Part shown: piece after piece, positions 57,464 through 60,927 of the stretch
How positions within the stretch are numbered: position 1 is the stretch's first letter
Layout: every line of letters begins with the position of its first letter
Program-made: the position numbers and the translations under genes
The notes under the pieces: model-generated
The model's database searches: none
Told to the model about the DNA's origin: nothing
What the model saw: only the letters and a program-made list of their open reading frames with translations
From: Firmicutes bacterium CAG:238
GTDB taxonomy: Bacteria > Bacillota > Clostridia > Peptostreptococcales > Anaerovoracaceae
Direction: 5' to 3'
NCBI GenBank assembly: GCA_000435615.1
Contig: FR881937.1
Coordinates: 1-60,927 of the forward strand
DNA length: 60,927 nucleotides

Positions 57464-58804
57464 TTATTCATGCAGTATGTTCAGCGCAAGGCCAAGTAGT
57501 CTGTCGGTGTGGTCTGCCATAAACAGTGGAATATTCAGCACATCTTCGTCCAGCTTTAGGTTATCCAAAGAAAAGCGCACACGAAGCTTTACTTTATCAG
57601 GGAAAAGCTCCTTGAATTTTTTGAGACTTTTGCTTCTGATGTTGCCTTCTGCTTTGACTTCCACAGGAAAAATTTCATTTTCACGCTGAATCAGGAAGTC
57701 TACTTCATATGGCGGGTTGTTTTGCGCCCAGTATCGCGGAGTGACCTCGAATTGTGTGAGCAGCGTCTGCAAAACAAAATTTTCCGTCAAAGAACCTTTG
57801 AATTCGGTAAACAAACGGTTGCCCTCTGTGAACGCAGTTGGAGCAAGCTGTGCTAAACGGCGGAGGACTCCGACATCAGCCAGATAAATTTTAAAAGCGG
57901 AAAGGTCGTCATAGGCACTCATCGGAAGTCCCGGAGTGCTGCTGCGGTAAATCTTATGCACCAAACGGGCATCTACGAGCCACTGCAGAGCATTTTCATA
58001 TTCTCTCGCCCTCGCACCTTCTTTAACGACTTTATAAAGAAACTTTTTGTTTTCCCGTGCAAGCTGAGACGGGATGGATTTCCATATCATTGAAATTTTC
58101 GGAAATTCACTGACATCGGGATGCTTTGCAAAGTCACGTTCGTAGGCATCAATAATGTCCGACAGGGTATTTTGCATAGCTGAAACATCGCGCGCCTGGG
58201 TCCACATCAAAACAGATTCAGGCATGCCTCCGGTGACATAGTACATTTTTAGCTTCTCATACAGCGGATTAAAGAACGCATCGGGAAGCGGTTCAATGCG
58301 TTCAATATTTTCCATATATTTCACAAGGTTTTCATCACCGTTCGCTGTCAGAAACTCTGTAAAGGTCATCGGGTCGATTTGCATGAAATTAACCTTGCCG
58401 ACAGGGAAAGAAGACGGTTTTGCCAAAGCGATGCCGAGCAGCGAACCGGCACATGCAATGTGGTATTCCGGTGCATTCTCGCAAAAATACTTCATGGAAT
58501 TGATGACCTTCGGACAGTCCTGCACTTCATCAAAGATAATCAAGGTTTTTTCGGGTTTAATGCTCTGACCGCTTGCAAACATCAGGTTTTGCAAAATTCG
58601 GTTGACATCCTTGCTGGTTTCAAAAAATTGTTTATATTCTTCGTTTTCATCAAAGTTAAAATAAGCGGTATTCTCATAGCAGCGATTCCCAAATTCCTTT
58701 AAAATCCAAGTTTTCCCTACCTGGCGAACACCTTTTAGAATCAGAGGTTTGCGATAGGGTGAATTCTTCCATGCAATAAGATCCTTTAAAATTAATCGTT
58801 CCAC
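57464..58804 (-). CDS. AAA_14 ATPase with DUF4143 / PD-(D/E)XK-like C-terminus
   Basis: GVRQVGKT, IFDEVQ, AGSLLG, GGMPE, KIYLADVG, EVDF.....IFPVEVK; GTG start after GAGGTG. Confidence 0.88.
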   Translation of the reverse strand: MERLILKDLIAWKNSPYRKPLILKGVRQVGKTWILKEFGNRCYENTAYFNFDENEEYKQFFETSKDVNRILQNLMFASGQSIKPEKTLIIFDEVQDCPKVINSMKYFCENAPEYHIACAGSLLGIALAKPSSFPVGKVNFMQIDPMTFTEFLTANGDENLVKYMENIERIEPLPDAFFNPLYEKLKMYYVTGGMPESVLMWTQARDVSAMQNTLSDIIDAYERDFAKHPDVSEFPKISMIWKSIPSQLARENKKFLYKVVKEGARAREYENALQWLVDARLVHKIYRSSTPGLPMSAYDDLSAFKIYLADVGVLRRLAQLAPTAFTEGNRLFTEFKGSLTENFVLQTLLTQFEVTPRYWAQNNPPYEVDFLIQRENEIFPVEVKAEGNIRSKSLKKFKELFPDKVKLRVRFSLDNLKLDEDVLNIPLFMADHTDRLLGLALNILHE

Positions 58805-58814
58805 GAAACACACC

Positions 58815-58859
58815 TCACATTTTTATTGAATATTATGTGATAATAATCACATTTTTATT
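58815..58859. promoter_or_regulatory. Repeated operator-like element
   Basis: TCACATTTTTATT at 58815 and 58847 plus palindrome ATGTGAT-N4-ATCACAT (58835-58852). Confidence 0.45.
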
Positions 58860-58909
58860 ATAAATCATCGGCGAAAAAATTTCAACATTTAATATTTTTT
58901 CATTTATCC

Positions 58910-58936
58910 TGTCACAAATTCTATGGTATAGTGTTT
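58910..58936 (+). promoter_or_regulatory. Putative ECF autoregulatory promoter
   Basis: TGTCACA...TGTT directly upstream of the sigma gene RBS. Confidence 0.35.
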
Positions 58937-58961
58937 AGTAAGTAGAAGGGGAGAACGGCAG

Positions 58962-59462
58962 ATGAATAAAAGCGGACTGATTGAACAACTTTATAGCAGA
59001 TACTACGAACCGCTCATGATCATTGCCTGTTCATATACACATGATAGGCAGGCGGCAGAGGACTTGGTGCAGAACGCATTTCTGAAGGCGATTTTGTCGT
59101 ATAAGCCTTCGGGGAGCTTCCTTTCATGGGCGAACCGCGTAATCCGAAATGATTTTCTGAATTCGATTCGAGCGGAAAAATATCGCGCAGACAATGAGCC
59201 GGAAATGATGGATTTAGCGGATTGTTATGACATACTGGAAAGATTGATTCACAACGAGAAAAAAGCCCGGCTTGCGGCTATGATTGCGTCACTGCCACTG
59301 CGGCAGAGGACGATTATGATTGAAAGCGTTTATCTGGAGCTCGACGATGCACAGATTGCGAAAGCGCACGCAATGACGGAGGCGAATATAAGGCAGATAC
59401 GGTCGCGCGCAAAGAAGGCGCTGATAAAAATGATGGAAAATGAGGAGGACGCAAATGAATAA
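58962..59462 (+). CDS. ECF-type RNA polymerase sigma factor
   Basis: AEDLVQNAFLKA, FLSWANRVIRN, LPLRQR...IA...RSRAKK. Confidence 0.88.
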   Translation: MNKSGLIEQLYSRYYEPLMIIACSYTHDRQAAEDLVQNAFLKAILSYKPSGSFLSWANRVIRNDFLNSIRAEKYRADNEPEMMDLADCYDILERLIHNEKKARLAAMIASLPLRQRTIMIESVYLELDDAQIAKAHAMTEANIRQIRSRAKKALIKMMENEEDANE

Positions 59463-60498
59463 TACCGAAAAGAAAAGAGATGAATTTGACCTTGTTCTGG
59501 AAGATATGAAGATGGAGCCGGAAGTGGATTTAGACCGTCTGATCGAAATAAGAGTGAAACAGATGATGGTTCGGACTTCGCTGAAAGTTGTGCTGGTTGT
59601 TTTGCTTATCGTCGCTCTTATTTTTCTCGGGGTGAATCCGATTATGAATCTATGCAACACAAATCCGGCTAAGGCAGATGAGGCGAAGGACGGGTATGCA
59701 AGCCGGCTGTTTCAGACGCTTTCGGCATATGTCGAGACCGTATACCCGCAGACGAGGCTGTATATGATTGGCGAAATTGAGAAAAAAGGCTTCGGAAAGT
59801 ATGAAATTCCGCTGTGCTTAGGTACGCGCACGCAGCGGCTTCTTGTGGGGAAAATGAATGCTTCTTTAGAAATGGTGCGTGGAGAGTTGTCCGTGAAAAG
59901 CGATACCGACGGAGTGCTTATTCATACTGCTCACACAACCATTGCAAATGCAGGTGATGGAGGCATAACGGACTTTGCAAAATACAGTGACAGTGAGCTT
60001 GAAGATTTGGCGGAGCTGCCGAAATCAGCACGAATCCTGCTTCAGGTGCAGCTTCATAAATCTGTAAAACTCGAAGATGTGCTTGCGCTTCAAGTGGGAA
60101 CACTGGAACCCGTGTGGGCGCAGATGGATACGAAAAGTGAGGGCTTCATGGGCGGCATTTCTTTTAAGGGTGCAGTTCTGTATGAAGGTGACAAAGACCG
60201 TGCCGATATGAACGCATCGCAGCTTCGGGAAGTCTATATTAAGAATCTGAAGACACTATCCGAGAATTATGAATTGTGGAACGGGCTGGGAATCAGCTGG
60301 GGAAGCTCTTGGGCTCCCGGTGAAGTTGCGCTTCGGCATATCAATGATGCGCTTGCAGACGCAGAAAATACAGAGACATTTATGACGAAGAACTTCTATC
60401 TCTACGGCTCACGGGATGACATTATGAAGTACATCGAGGATAATAAAGAAGAATTTTGCACAATTGAGGATGTGCGGCTGTCGGAGCTGGTGGGGTAA
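59455..60498 (+). CDS. Membrane-anchored anti-sigma factor
   Basis: Overlaps sigma stop; short cytoplasmic N-terminus, single TM, large extracytoplasmic domain (LAELP, Sigma_reg_C-like). Confidence 0.7.
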   Translation: MNNTEKKRDEFDLVLEDMKMEPEVDLDRLIEIRVKQMMVRTSLKVVLVVLLIVALIFLGVNPIMNLCNTNPAKADEAKDGYASRLFQTLSAYVETVYPQTRLYMIGEIEKKGFGKYEIPLCLGTRTQRLLVGKMNASLEMVRGELSVKSDTDGVLIHTAHTTIANAGDGGITDFAKYSDSELEDLAELPKSARILLQVQLHKSVKLEDVLALQVGTLEPVWAQMDTKSEGFMGGISFKGAVLYEGDKDRADMNASQLREVYIKNLKTLSENYELWNGLGISWGSSWAPGEVALRHINDALADAENTETFMTKNFYLYGSRDDIMKYIEDNKEEFCTIEDVRLSELVG

Positions 60499-60596
60499 AA
60501 GAACCCGCCGGGCTTTCGGATTATCTGTTGTTTCTTTTCAGCAAATCAAGTATACTATGAAGAGAAAGGGATGAGAAAATTCGGGAATTCCGAATT

Positions 60597-60695
60597 TTCT
60601 ACAAAGAAATGGACGGCGTTATTCGCGAGATTTTTGCTTTGACGCTCAAGGCGAACCAATACCTTGAAAAATGTGTGATTACAGGCTGTTTTTAA
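60597..60695 (+). pseudogene. Fragment of an AAA-ATPase-like / PD-(D/E)XK nuclease-associated gene
   Basis: FYKEMDGVIREIFALTLKANQYLEKCVITGCF* resembles the 'Y.EM..FIR......LK.N..L...V.TGC' segment of that family; no start or continuation. Confidence 0.55.
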
Positions 60696-60751
60696 GAAAA
60701 TCGCACCTGCAATAAACTGCAAGTGCGAAGTACGCCATCAATATATAGTGC

Positions 60752-60927
60752 TTATAGTTCTTCAACTTCTTCGGCAGAAAGCCCAGTTATCTCTGCGATG
60801 TCAGCAATCGGGATTTTTTTCGCCTTCATACTTTTCGCAATTTCGAGTTTTTCCTGCGCGGCGCCTTTTTCAAATCCAATGGCCTCGCTTTCCCGCTTGT
60901 GCTCGTTCAAAATATACTCGAATGTCA
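60752..60927 (-). CDS. C-terminal end of an Rpn/YhgA-like (PD-(D/E)XK transposase-like) protein, runs off window
   Basis: TFEYILNEHKRESEAIGFEKGAAQEKLEIAKSMKAKKIPIADIAEITGLSAEEVEEL* is the typical G.E.G..EIAK.M...IA..TGLS..E tail. Confidence 0.75.
   Translation of the reverse strand, partial: TFEYILNEHKRESEAIGFEKGAAQEKLEIAKSMKAKKIPIADIAEITGLSAEEVEEL

Overview
Chromosomal window from an anaerobic Firmicute. The Clostridia-like assignment is inferred from gene content (rnfCDGEAB order, Rex-boxed thiolase, GlnRS, sigma-54 loci). About 55 CDS; I found no rRNA, tRNA or CRISPR array. Left to right: an IS200/IS605 tnpA remnant; an XpaC-like protein; an Orn/Lys/Arg decarboxylase; an ECF sigma/PrsW cluster; an S66 peptidase-Opp ABC-two M20 hydrolase operon; rnfCDGEAB; an amino-acid ABC pair whose ATPase carries an RsbW-like tail and whose leader looks like an attenuator; a sigma-54/RocR-like locus with two amidinotransferase-fold paralogues, an atypical M28 hydrolase and an NhaC transporter; the flavinylation module (ApbE, NusG-II, Gx); PdxR with an ECF S-component; then a ~12-kb block (C-GCAxxG-C-C protein, CoA-disulfide reductase-rhodanese, NhaC, large AraC, SDR, glycyl radical enzyme and activase) whose promoters appear to share a repeated motif; followed by patatin, sirtuin, thiolase, ybaK, a VanY-like peptidase, glnS, a transglutaminase-like protein, an AAA/DUF4143 ATPase, an ECF/anti-sigma pair and decayed nuclease-family fragments. 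The best candidates for undescribed biology are (1) the glycyl radical enzyme with a non-canonical GCIQP Cys loop and its putative regulon, and (2) the sigma-54 guanidino-compound catabolic locus. All assignments come from motif recognition by eye; no database searches were run.
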